Notes: generated by a model not told the origin, from the sequence alone. A stretch of DNA of 64,000 bases from Psammoneis japonica (GCA_008632985.1 QPGO01000074.1:248001-312000), one strand, 5' to 3'; shown: positions 49,240-61,360, counted from the stretch's first letter. Program-made: numbers and translations.

Positions 49240-52200
49240 TTTTAAAACATGTGTTTGTCTGTTGGCTCAGCAGTTTCCTCTCGCGTCATCATTTCCTCAG
49301 TCCATTCACAGAAAATCTTAGCCCAGTCCAAGCAGGGTTTCACCACCATCACTGTGTGAATTTTCTGCTGCACACTGTGATCCCACACTTGGGGTGGGAC
49401 TGGGTCTTCATGTTCCTTTGACAGGAAACAGAGAATTCCGCGATGGATCTTTGTGATGGGCATGGACCGCATCGAAGGTTTCCTGGAGGGTTGGAATTCT
49501 TGGCGACAATGAGTGTGCAATCGGGTGTCACCGCAATCTGACTCGGGAACACGGCAAACGGGAAGATTCCAACTTGCAGTCAACCAAATGTGCAATCGCC
49601 TTGTTTGTTTGATCAGAGTCTTTGTAAAAACCGATTGAATGGGCAGGATGCAGTTTGCTGGATTCGTCATTCACGTCAAAATGGACCTCGGCCCAGTCGA
49701 ACCAGGGACCCTCTTTGGCATGGCACTGTGGGCTGGCTCGGAGATGATCACCATTGGAAAGTTTTACTTCTATCCAGATGTCAAATCTTTGCTGATCGGG
49801 CTTGAGTTCTTGAAGGGCTTCAAGCAGCACTCTGCAAGGCCACCCGGACATCTCGTTTGTTGGTGTTTCCTTCCCACATCAATCAATCAACAGGACGTTG
49901 TCGAAATCATCTCAAACAAAAACAAATTGTGGCATGCGTTGGGTCAACTTCGGCTCACCTCCATACCCGCCAATGTCCACAACAGAGGAACCATCACCCT
50001 CAGCAAATGAAACATCCTCTTGAGATTTCTGCTTGCTGGCCTCATCCAAGCACCTTCCATGCAGGATGGCCTCGCAAATTTGTGTGCACGTTTGTTGCAG
50101 GAAAGCAGCCTCCCCCCTTTTCTGGGCATTGGTGATGAAAACGCTTGTGGTTCTGGGCTTCATCGTTTCCCTTGTCAAAGTTGATGGAGTTGTTGCCTCG
50201 ACACAGGATGGTGTCCATGTGCCCCAGAACTTGAGTTGTGCCAAAGCTGATCATGGAATGGTCCTTCTGCATGCATTCTGGAAGACGGTGCGAACAATGA
50301 CAAAATGCATGACAGCAAAGACAATGTCGCACCCGTGTGTCCATTGCCCTTTGTCAATGGTTTTTTCCAATGGTGCTTCATGACACAGTTCTCCATTGGG
50401 AATGAGAACTGGTGTGGATTTTGGATGTCTGGAGAATCACCTTCTTCTGTTTCATCCGAAGCAGAAAGATCAACCTTCTTCTTCGACACGGTCTTGCACA
50501 GCCCAGAGTCGACACATCTCTTGACATTGGAGACTCTTCCCTGGCTTCTTTGTAAAAGACAACCACAGCAATCTCTGATGATGGGACATTCAATTGAGTT
50601 GAAAACCTCAAGAGATGGGCAACAAGAGTCTGCTTGGTTTTTGATCCCTTTCAAAATCTTGCAGGCCTCCACAAACAAATGGTCAAGCTGCAACTCATCA
50701 AATTCATCCTCGAGCATGAAATCAAAACCGTGCAGCTTGAGGTGCTTTATGACGAACTGGATTGATTCCGGTTTGCAGTCGAAGGGACTTTGCAGTCATG
50801 GTCTGTGGCAAAGAAGGTGTCCTTCCTGCAGGGAAAAGTGGTGGGTGGGAGCGGCATGTTGGCCTTTTCTTCCTTGACCACGGCTGCCTTCAGTGCCACC
50901 TCCTCAGCGGCCTTTTTTGCAACTTCCAAGTCACGGGCAGAATTCTGCTTGGCTTTGGAATGCTTGTTGGGACGTGCCCAAGCACCTGTGTGTGTGCCTG
51001 TTCTTTTTCAGCATCCGCCAACCATGCTCTGGTTCCCTCCAGACGATCCAACCTTTTGCATGATGTCAGTTTCATTGGAAGACTCGGCGTTGCTTTTGTT
51101 TTCCCATTCTGCCTTTGGTTTGTGCAAAGACGCAAGTTTTGAGGTGGAGGGAAATGTTTGGCACTTCATCTTTTGATGATCATGCACCTTCTCCATTGTC
51201 CCCCGTGTCTTCAAAAATTGCATCGCTGTGCCAAGGTAGAAAAGCAAACCCATCTTTTCCGAGTGGGTCTGGAGAGTCACCCTGGTCAAGCCAGAACTCA
51301 ATCAACCTCTTGGGTGTTGCACCAAGGCAGTGGACCGGCAGGATCCAATGACAGCTTTCAGCTCCTTCTCAAAGTTTTCTTTCTTGGTTTTGGTCAATCC
51401 AAAGTGCGACACTTGCGCGACATTCTCAGCACCACCAGCTTCCCAGAAATGAAGGTGATCATCGGCCATGGCTGCAAAGACACCCCAAGGATTGCTCCCA
51501 AAATTGACACCTTCAAAGGCGTCACGCAGTGGGTGCATTGCATGCAGACAAGAAAGAAGGGCCAATGCAAGCTTCTGCTGTCTCTTCAGATAGACTTCCA
51601 AAGGGCTGTCCTTTGAGATGGCCACAGTGGAAGCACTGCACCCAAGTGCAATCTCATTGAGACAGGACGCGATCTTCACATTGATGGGAAGACATGAAAG
51701 GCCAAACTCATTGGCTGGATGGGAATTGTTTGTCTCGTTGTTGGTGCTGCACATGCACAGCCGATGCACACAACCAGCACCACCCCCATTTGCAGCTTTC
51801 CATCCACAGACAAAGTCTTGTGACTTCTGATCCCCGGTTGTTGGACCTTGTGCAAGGAGCACTCACATGAGCCGACGCACGCCGCCCCCCCGGTTTACCA
51901 TCATTCGAGGCGGGTCAGCCTGAAGGGCCTTCAAATCTTCCAGGAGAAAAGACAAGATGTCATGGTGGGCCTGCATGTTGGATGACGAGAAAGGATCACC
52001 CACTTGTCATTGTGAATTGTCTTTGTTCACGTCCCCATTGTCATCCAACGTGCCAGTGACCCCACCCTTGTCCAGACCAGGTGTGAACCCCAGGTGACAC
52101 CAAGCAACATCGCACTCCTGCACATGTCTTTTTGTGATGAGGATGGAAAAAAGCCAGGGTTCGAGTGGGTGCCATTGGTGCACATCGGTCCCTGTCTGGT

Positions 52201-53060
52201 CCAAATGCAAAACAATGGGCAAGAGCAAGTCTTTCTCACAGTCAAAGTTGGCAGGGAGGTTGGTGCAGGTGTCGGAGTGCCATTTGTTGGCCATCATCTT
52301 GCCAAAATCGTGCTCCTCCAAAGGAAAAAACTTCTGAAAGCATGACTGAATCGACTTGTTCACATTGAGATTGTGCTCATTGTCGAAGATTGAGTGAGAA
52401 AGCAAGTCTCGCAACATGTCCACCATGCAAAAGCAAATGACTTCTCATCCACCAACAATGTGTGTGTCTGGCTTGGGCATGTGCACCTTCTTGCTGACGT
52501 TCTTCACAAGTGTGTCTCATCTGAGACATTGGGAACAGTCAAATTTCCTCTTCTTGTGGCATTGTCAAAGCAATGCAAGCAACTGCCCGCAAAATTGACG
52601 AGTTGCACCAGAGTTGTCACACAGAGCAATCAGCTCCAACGAAGCTTCCTCCTCAACTGAAAAGGTTGGTGCCCCATCAGCAGGTGGATCATGATCTGGA
52701 CACAAATCATTTCTGGTGGGAGGGACAGTGGGTGGATCTGGAGGTGACATGGATTCATCAAAGAAATCCTCTTCAAGCGGAGGTGAAATGAGAGCCGCAC
52801 TGCCAGGGAACATTTTGCAGGGAGAGTGATCATAATCGTCATCATCCTTGTCCTCATCTTTGTCATCATCCTCGTCCTCCACATCCTCAGGTGAGGCCAG
52901 TGGCTCCAGGTCTTCTTCTGGTGGAAAACTGGGGGGGTCTTCCTCTCCGTTGAAGTCCAAACTTGGATTTGATGAGTCTTTCTTGGAGGCGGAAGAGGCT
53001 TGAGAAGCATGTTGCCAATCGTGGACCAAAACAAAAAAGGCCAGTGACAGCTTGTTCAAT
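49240..53060 (-). mobile_element. Degenerate Plavaka-like transposase
   Basis: LLLPIVLHLDQTGTD..PLEPWLFS, VFAAMADDHLHFWEAG and C-terminal LRASPQCH..GPWFDWAEV resemble Plavaka-type motifs once His/Cys are read as Tyr. Confidence 0.6.
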
Positions 53061-55519
53061 TCAGTGGTGGTGGAGGCAGTGGGATGGGCTGCGTTTTGCC
53101 TGCATCAGCAGCAACGACTGTGAGAAGACATGCTGCACAAAGAGTCTGGTGGGAGGAGGCAGGCTGTGGCAGTGGAATGGAGCGGGTTGACACTGAGTCT
53201 CAACCATTCATTGGTGAGCACCTGTCTGATTGATTTTTAAATCAATTTGTTGAGTGGAGACTTGGTCTGTTTTTGAATGACACTCACTCGGCAGGTGGGG
53301 AGTGGCCGTTGTGGAGTGGGCCACAAAGACACAATGCTCAAGATGGCATGGAAGCACACAGCCATGTGAGATGCACAAATTTGAATTGTGTGGAGTCCAT
53401 TTTTAAATTCCAATGCCTGCATCCGGCAAACAGAAAAAAGTTCATGGAATGCTCTTTTCAGGCAAGCAAAAGAAACATGAGCACGAAAAAGGGCCAACGG
53501 TCATGCAAGTGTGATCCGCAAGACTCATCACCTTCATCATCTTCCAGAGACACCAAAAAACAACACACAAGAACAGCAACAAAAACAATGATGGTCATCG
53601 TTGAGCGATCGATCAACTCCACCAAGTGGATGGCAGACAACGCAAAGGTCATGCAGGACACAGCCAAGGTGAGAGACCACGTCAAAGAAACCTTGTTCCT
53701 GAGTGTCACATTCTTGTTCAACAACAAGGAAATGGAGGAAATGGGGGTGCTGCACAGAGACTTTGTACAGAATTGTGGACCCACACTGAGATGGGCGGGA
53801 TGCTCAAGGAGCTGCCCGACGCAGAGCAAAAAACACACCTCAAATGCCTGTGGCTGACGATGCAGCAAAAAAAGATGTGTCGGGAGTGGCTGTCAATTAA
53901 GAGGTCAAACGCATGCCAGGTGCAGCAGGACAAGTTCCACAGTGAGAACCAGTGAGTGCTGCCATGATTGTGGCCATTCAAATTGCTGACAATGACATTG
54001 CTTGCATTCCCTCCTGCCACAAACAAAGCTCTTTGTGCACACTGTGACAACAACAACTGCATGTTGCCATCCGTGGAATGATTCCAAGAGCGCTTGGGAA
54101 ACCCAGCTTTGCAGATTGTGTTTCACGACTGCATGCTGCATCCAATCATTAGAGAAACATGCTGGAAAGAGTGCATTTCCAAGGACAAAAGGATGGGCAC
54201 AGTGTGTGCCAAAGCGTTTGTGCACATGCTGCTCAAGAACAACTGTGGTGTGTGGCATGCCAACTGCAAGAGCAGAAACAAGGACAGGACATTGATGTTG
54301 GATTGTGATGTGGAGATCGCCGAGGATGGAAGCCCGGCAGATGCGACTGGGAAGGACTTTTGCAAGACCGTCATGCCACACATTGCAGCTGCCAAGGAGA
54401 AGGACGAACAAGACAAGAGCCTGTTTGTGCTGCTCCAGAAAGATCCACAAGAGCCGTCAGAGGAAGGCACTTCTGTTCAAGAGTTGAAACAGAAGTGCAG
54501 CAAGACAAGGGGAGAGTCCACTGCAAAGCAAAATGCAATGGTCAAGAAGATCAGAGCAGAGACAAAGACTGCAGAACAAGTCCAGGCACTGAACGAGGTG
54601 ATGCAAGTTCTTGTCAGCATCAAGAACAATGACGATGTGTCCAGAAAGAAGAGAAAGGTTGTCAGGAAACTCAAGCATTTCATGGCGGCAAAGCCCAAGG
54701 ATGGACCAAGGAGGCACAAGACACCAAGGAAGAGCAAGGGGTGGTCCCTGCAGAAATGGTGACGGAAACCAAGCAAGACAGTGCAAGTGGACACCTGGGA
54801 AAGGTGGGAAGAGCTCTGCAGAGATGTCGCAACCAAGCAAGATAAACAGGCTGTGGAAGAAGGACAAGATGGATTGGATGATGAAGACAGCCAACATGTC
54901 AACTGCACCGACATCTGTGAAATCGAGTTGGTGGAAGTTTGGTCAAATTTAACCAAGTGGCAATTCATGCGTGCACACCAATTGATGATCAATTTCAGTG
55001 GCACAATGCAACAATCAAATGGGATCATGGAAACAATTGTCTGATTGACGTGCAGTTGAGATTGAAAACAAATCAAGATGCTGCATTCAGTCATTGCTGA
55101 GTTGGCAACAATCAGACATGTAATTTTCAATGAAGTGACTTGTTTGCAGCACCAACTTGTTGAGTTGCAGCTTGCAGTTTTGGAAATGATGACTCTGTGT
55201 TGCCATCGATGGACATTTGTTGGTTGGGATGGACATTTGTTTGTTTTCAATCACGCCCATTTGTGGTCAATTGGCGTGATTTGTGTTGAACAACCCAGAT
55301 TTGTCATAAATGTGTTTGTGTGCAGACACTCACACACATCATCTACAATGTGAGTGATTTGTTCCACCGCAAGATTGTTCATGAAAACAGGCCTCTGATG
55401 CAGTGGCAGCATCCACTCCATCGGCACTGGCAGTGTCAGCAGCACAACATGTTTCAACCAGTGCTGCTTCTTGTTCTCATTGTGAAAATCTTCATTGTCA
55501 CCTTCCATTGCAACATTGT

Positions 55520-58500
55520 CCACCAGCTTCACTGGCTTGTCTCATCACATCCCAACAGCCAAATCATTTGTCGTTGAAGCCATTTTGCCATGATGCGCAG
55601 CTTGGAGGCATCACCTTTCCCCAATCCAACAGCACTGCCATGATTCATCCTTTTGAAGAAGAAAGCCTTCTGCACAGCATTCAAATGCTCCCAATCTTGC
55701 TGACTGCAAATGCACAGGTTTCTCCACTTGAGCACAGAGTCTTTGATGTGGCCACTGCCAAGCATGTGAGTGCAATTTGTCAGTCCCTCAACTCCACAGA
55801 GCTCAACCTGCATTTGGAAAAATTCATCCACTTCACACTGAAACTCTGCAATGCAATCATTTGACAGGTCCTCTTTGGATCTCATCATTTCCATGGATCT
55901 CTCAAGGTGCAACACACACGTTGTCCAATGGTCTTGACTGTCCTCTTCAACAACTGGCAGGTGTGCCAACACTCGTGTGTGTGGATGGTCCATGCGCAGC
56001 TGCCCAACCTCCTTCTTGTTTTCCTTCAAAGAAAATCTGAAGGAATCTCCATTGTGGTGGAGCGTCGTTGTGCAAAAGGAGAGCCTCATTGATGGTTGAC
56101 TCAACACTTTCAATGCAGTGCTTGATTTGTCCCGTTGTGCTCTGCACCTCTTCAAAAAGTGCTCCATCTTCACAGTTTGCAATCCCCTCCTCAAATGACA
56201 TTGTGGGGCATTTTTCCTGAGTTTCCATGTGCAACATGCAAGGGACAGCCAACATTGAAGTGCAGAGTGCCTTTTCATTTGGCTCCACATGTGCCAAATC
56301 TTCCTTGAAAGCGACAAGCATTTTCTTGCTGCCAATCCTCTTCTTTGGTTGTTCTCTTTTGCCTTCCATGGAGCCACAAATGCTCACTTGTCTGAGGCCC
56401 AACTCTCTGTCCAACAGCTCGCTAAAGTTCATTGCTTCATCTGTGGCCTTGGGCTGGAAATTGATCAACAAAGGGTCACAATCACCTGTGTCTGTTCCTG
56501 TTTCAGACATTCTTGCCTTTGTTTCTCCATCTTTGGGCAATGCATTGCCTGCAATTGTTCGCAGCTGAGCTGCCTCCTTGTCCAGTTTCTTGACAAATGT
56601 TTTGTCACTGACCAACGCCGCTGGTCATCACCTCCGTGCAGCTCTTTGCAACTTGGGCATTTCTTGGCTTTTGGCACAGCGCACCTGCTGGACTTGCGTG
56701 GGCAGCATGGGCAAAAGCATGGTGCCACCTTGCAAGCTCTGCCTTTGTGGAGCCCTTTTGATGGGCAATGTGGTCACCAGTGTGTGGCACTTTCAGAGTT
56801 TCTGCAATGCACAGCTGCCAGTGAGAGCCAATGCATCACGGCGACGTGTTGCAGCCTTTAAATGTCACAAAGGGCATGACAAAAACAACCTTTTGTCTGC
56901 ATGCATGCTGCACCATGAATTCACAGCGGAGTGGTTCATCGCAACCATTGGGCAGGAGGCCAGGGGTTCGAAACCCTGAGTGGGAGTTGTCTGCAGCAAC
57001 GTTGATCACTGTCGAACGCGTAAAACTCTGTGCAGTTCTGCACGTTCCTTCGTGCGTGCCCACACTGTTCCGCCAAAACCGTGCAGTGTCAGCACACGTC
57101 AGTAAAGAGCCGCATGGACGCGCGACACATGGGGAGGAGTGCAACACACAGCTGCCAACAAGAGCCAATGCATCACGGCGACATGTTGCAGCCTCAAATG
57201 TCACAAAGGGCGTGACAAAAATAACCTTTTGTCTGCATGCATGCTGCACTTCTGTGTCTTTATCCACAGATTCCTCCTCACAGTCATTCATGAATTTGTG
57301 GAAATTTTCAAACAGCTTGAAAGTCTCTTGGCTCTCCTGACCTGTCATCACTTGAAATGGGAAACAGCGGTGGCTGGATTGTGCTGTTGCTGCACCACTT
57401 GTGACTGCCAAGCTGGCAATTTTGTCTGTCAATTTGACACCTGCTCTGATGACATTGTCGCGCTTGTTGAGTGTTGCGCCGTGAATGGCAGCACTCACTT
57501 CCACACTTCTGCTGGATGCTTTGTCCCACAGGCTGTGTGCTTTCAACAATGTGGCAGTGTTGGGGCATTCTCAAATGTGAAGCCTTCCCCATGTTCTTCA
57601 CCAAACATTGACGTGGGTGCTTTCCCATCTTGCGCTGCAGCCTCGACATTCTCTGCTGCACTGAGCAGAGCTTTGTTCAATGGTGTCATCCCACAAAAAC
57701 ACCTGGCACCACCACTTTTCACCAGCCAAAGAACCTCAACTCCTGAGTGTGACAGCTTTTGATCCAACAAGATCCGCAGCTCTTAGAAGTTCCCTGGGTG
57801 TGAGTGCATTCTCCCTGAGCCATTTCCAAGACTGCTCAATGATGGGGATTTTGAGAGTGCCGCCACAGAAGTCATCTGAGAATGAAGTGTTCGCCACTGT
57901 CATGTTGGTCTTCTTACACCAACCTTGTTGCATTGGCGGTTTGGCCACTCTTCTAAAAAGGTCTGTGGCTCTTCCTTTGCATCTGCTTCGTTGATTGATG
58001 CTTCCTCATCTTCTTCAGATTTGTCTTCTTCTTTTGCCTCAAAAGACTTCTTGTCATTGTTGTTGTCTTGTTGGCTTGCCTGCATCACCATCTCTCCTTC
58101 CAAAAACCCCCTTCTCTTTTTTGGGTGACCCTTGTTTGCACAGTTCATTGTTGCAACAGCTCCATGGGTTGTCACATCAGATTTGTGGTGGTGCAATCGG
58201 AGCTTCATCTCCAGCTTCTGTGTGGGGCCAATCAACAATGTGTTTCACACCGACACCTGATGCGGCTGTGCTTGGCCTTGCCGCGCCAAGGAGGTGCTTC
58301 TCCTTGTCCCACACAGGCCACAATTGTGGCACAGAAAATGACCTTGATCTCAAAATTTGGTGTGCCTGTTCACACCACAGTTGCAGCAAGCAATGGCAGT
58401 GCTGCCCCCTTTCGAAGTGTGTGGCCAGCAGATGGCAGCAAACACAAGCCACGTGTGGCAACTCTGGCTCAGCTTTGCTGATCTGTTCTTGTCCTTGGGG

Positions 58501-58850
58501 TGGCAGGCTGGAGCTGGGGTGAGACTGAGACAGAGTGTCTGGCGCTTTTTCTGGCAAGCCTCTTGTTGGCACGCAGTGCAGCTGGAGCAGTTGCACTCAT
58601 CTTGTGTCTGTTCTTGGTTGGCACCATTGTCAGCCATGGAAGCATCAGCATGTTCTGCACCTTGTCTGTTCTCATCAGAAACTGGGTTAAAATTTTCTGC
58701 AGGTTCCCACTCAGGATGTGCTGAGATGTCAACACCCCGAACCCCAGTCAGAACACCATCTTGGCCAATTTCATCTTTGCAAAAAATGGACTTGACTCTC
58801 AACTGATCACAATCAGGTGCATTTTTTAACAACACATTTGCAGCAATGCA
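55520..58850 (-). mobile_element. Degenerate RAG1/Transib/Chapaev-like transposase
   Basis: FPFQVMTGQESQET, PCFCPCC, VPCMLHME; GLTNCTHMLGSGHIK...CSQQDWEHLN parallels RAG1 ITNYFHKTLAH...WASEGNESGN. Confidence 0.65.
56803..57248 (+). mobile_element. 446-bp TRIM-like LTR element with an internal tRNA-like segment
   Basis: Direct repeats 56803-56912 and 57140-57248, both TG...CA; PPT GGGGAGGAG at 57131-57139; flanks TTTC/CTTC; interrupts the transposase coding sequence. Confidence 0.8.
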
Positions 58851-58884
58851 CATGATCAGTTAAGAGTCAAGTCCATTTTTGCAA
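58777..58884. repeat. Inverted repeat, ~32-bp arms with 43-bp spacer
   Basis: ttgcaaaaaatggacttgactctcaactgatca ... tgatcagttaagagtcaagtccatttttgcaa. Confidence 0.9.
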
Positions 58885-59094
58885 CAATTGTGAGAAACTG
58901 GCAGTTTCAGTGCAAAAATGTGCAGATTCTGCAGACGACCAAGTGTGGCATGCATGTCAAGCCACACTCTGTGTCAGCACTGCATCAGCAACTTGAGCCT
59001 TTTTGTGTGCACTTCCTTGTGTCAGAATGAAATGGCAATGTTTGTGCTCCACACAAGTCCTGCAGAATCATGCACAACAGAAATCCACAGAGCG

Positions 59095-59641
59095 CAAGCT
59101 TTTGCACAGTGGAGCCAAAAGAGCTGCAAAGTTGGCTGGCGAATCTGGCGACTGGAGCTGTGCTTCAAGGGAAATTTGAAACTTTCTTTGCAGGATGTGT
59201 GGCAGTTGCTGGTGATGAACGTGCCTGATTTTTGGCGCAAGCTGTCTGAGATTGAGGAATCATGCACCACTGGCGAGGATGACAACATGAGTTCTTGTGT
59301 TGCAGCCGAGAGTGTGGCCTTCAACGCCCATCTCGCCGGCATTTGCCCTCCATGAATGACAGAAAGTCAGGGGAATTCTTTTCCTCCTCAGCCAATTGTT
59401 GACGCGGCCCACGTGTTGTGTGATGGTGTGACAAGTGAACCTCCTGCATTGGTCTGCACTGCAAAAGACTCTGGCGGAGGTCAGTTGCCAAAACAGAAAT
59501 CCCTGGTGGTTGCTGTGGCTGTTTTGACATCTGTCCACATCACAATTGGGAGTTTCTCCATGAAAAGTTCACACCATTGCCATCCTTGGGGTCATCACAA
59601 AAAATGTTGGAACTGAACGAGAAAATCCGCAATGTGGACGA
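59095..59641 (+). pseudogene. Partial, hypermutated duplicate of the glucosidase II beta gene (matches 25167-25693)
   Basis: Colinear nucleotide alignment to the intact gene; in-frame stop (CGA>TGA) and small indels. Confidence 0.95.
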
Positions 59642-60172
59642 CATGCTGCAGCATGCCTCGCCACTGGACAACACGGCGAGACCGTGCGTGAGCCTCTTGT
59701 ACATGGCAACGCAGCATTGTCAACACGCACCTGGGAAGCACGACCACAGGAGGGCGTGGCTCTAGGTCTTGGGCAATTCCAGAAGGATGCTAAGAGAGCA
59801 TCCGTGTGAAGCACACTGGCCCGTCGTCTGGCCCACGATGGCAGCGTGATTCCACACGATGACATCACTCGTGCACAGCGCGTGATGGCGTGATTCGCAC
59901 GATCCACAATGCAAACGCACGATCGATTTGATGCGATCCAAATGCGAACGAACAGGGATTTGGCAAGATTCCCTGTTCACACGATCCCATTTTCTCTACT
60001 CTAAACCAGCTCAAAATTTTCACAACGACAAAGTCGCAACACATCTTCTTTTTCAGCGCCTGGCACATGCACAGGGCACAGCAATGTCACTCCCACATGT
60101 TGTGCGAGGTGACGAAATCTACAGAAACGAAACTACGAAATGTTGGTGGGACCGACAAATCTTAAAACGACC

Positions 60173-61189
60173 ATGAAGAAGCGGGTTGAGCCGCCGATTC
60201 CGTTCGCGTGGCCGGAGAAGAAAGAGCTGCAGCAGGGCGAGCACCAGACGTTCAAGCTGCGCAACAACCCTGCTGATCCGGATGGTCCAACACACGAGAT
60301 GGGCATTCCGTGCCTTTCTGCGGCTACATGCGAGACACTCCCAATCTTTCTGCGCAACGTGGATTGCGTGCACGAAGGACAAAACATCACGACCGGGCCA
60401 GCGAAATTTGCCCTTGTGCGTGACCCACTGCAGGGCGATGCTCTGACGTCATTTGACAATGCCGCTGACAAGCAGGCATCCCAAACCAATGCCACGTGCG
60501 CAGCATGTGTCGCGAAGCTAAAGGAAAGCATCTTCCCACATGGGGCGGTGCCATTGCAGAAGCATCATCTGAGGCGCTTCATGCACAAGCCCGCAGAGGT
60601 TTCTGCTCGTGACTGCGTCGTGAGGGCTGTTGAAATTAACGGCTGTGTCTCTCAGTTTCCACCCGTGACGGAGGATGGAGAAGCACCGGCACCATCACCT
60701 GATGACGAACCATGCGACATGTTCGAGTGCGGTGTGCCGAACGCATGGCAGAAGTTCATGATGCTGCAGAATTTTGACCCGTTGGCGCATGCTGTCGCCG
60801 AATTTGTGCAGTTCTGCGAGCGCATCGAGCAGGTCGAGCTTGCTGAAGGTAACCAGGACCAACATGCTAAGGTTCCACGCAAGCGGGGACGTAGAACGGA
60901 CAATTCTGAGTCGTTGATCATGACCCAACGGAACACCCAGAAGTCATGCATGCCACACGGGACCAACTGTGGACATCATACAGAGGATTGCCGTCAGCTC
61001 AAGCACCACATGAAACGTGTCAAGACTGGACATTCCAGTAACGGAGGCAGCAAACCCAACACAAAACCTCGGAATGAGGAAGATGTTGACACTCTCATCG
61101 GATCAAAGGTCGAGGAGTTCTTTGCCAACGCTCAGAAAAAGCGCAAGGCACGCGAGGAGGAGCTCAATCACTTCGCGACCTCAACTTAA
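60173..61189 (+). pseudogene. gag: gag of the gypsy element (open frame, no Tyr codons)
   Basis: LQGDALTSF, IFP...LQKHHLRR, GVPNAWQ, zinc-knuckle-like CMPHGTNCGHHTEDC. Confidence 0.8.
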
Positions 61190-61360
61190 GCGATTCCGAA
61201 GATTCGGACACTTGAGAAGGGGGCCGACACGACACAGGTAGTTTTAACACAGATGAATGCACAAATGAACAACTGAATTACCATCGTACACGTGTTGTAG
61301 GCCAATCCCGCAAACGAGTTAAAAAGACTCATCTTGCTCCAATCTTGTTTACAGCTATGA

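Noticed and set aside
56915..56990. Functional tRNA gene
   Set aside because: A/B boxes and a T-arm are present but there is no convincing anticodon arm, and it lies inside a TRIM-like element.
26420..59000. Hundreds of overlapping 60-280 aa ORFs in all six frames, rich in Cys/His/Gln
   Set aside because: By-product of TpA loss, which removes TAA/TAG stops; not evidence of novel Cys-rich genes or overlapping coding.
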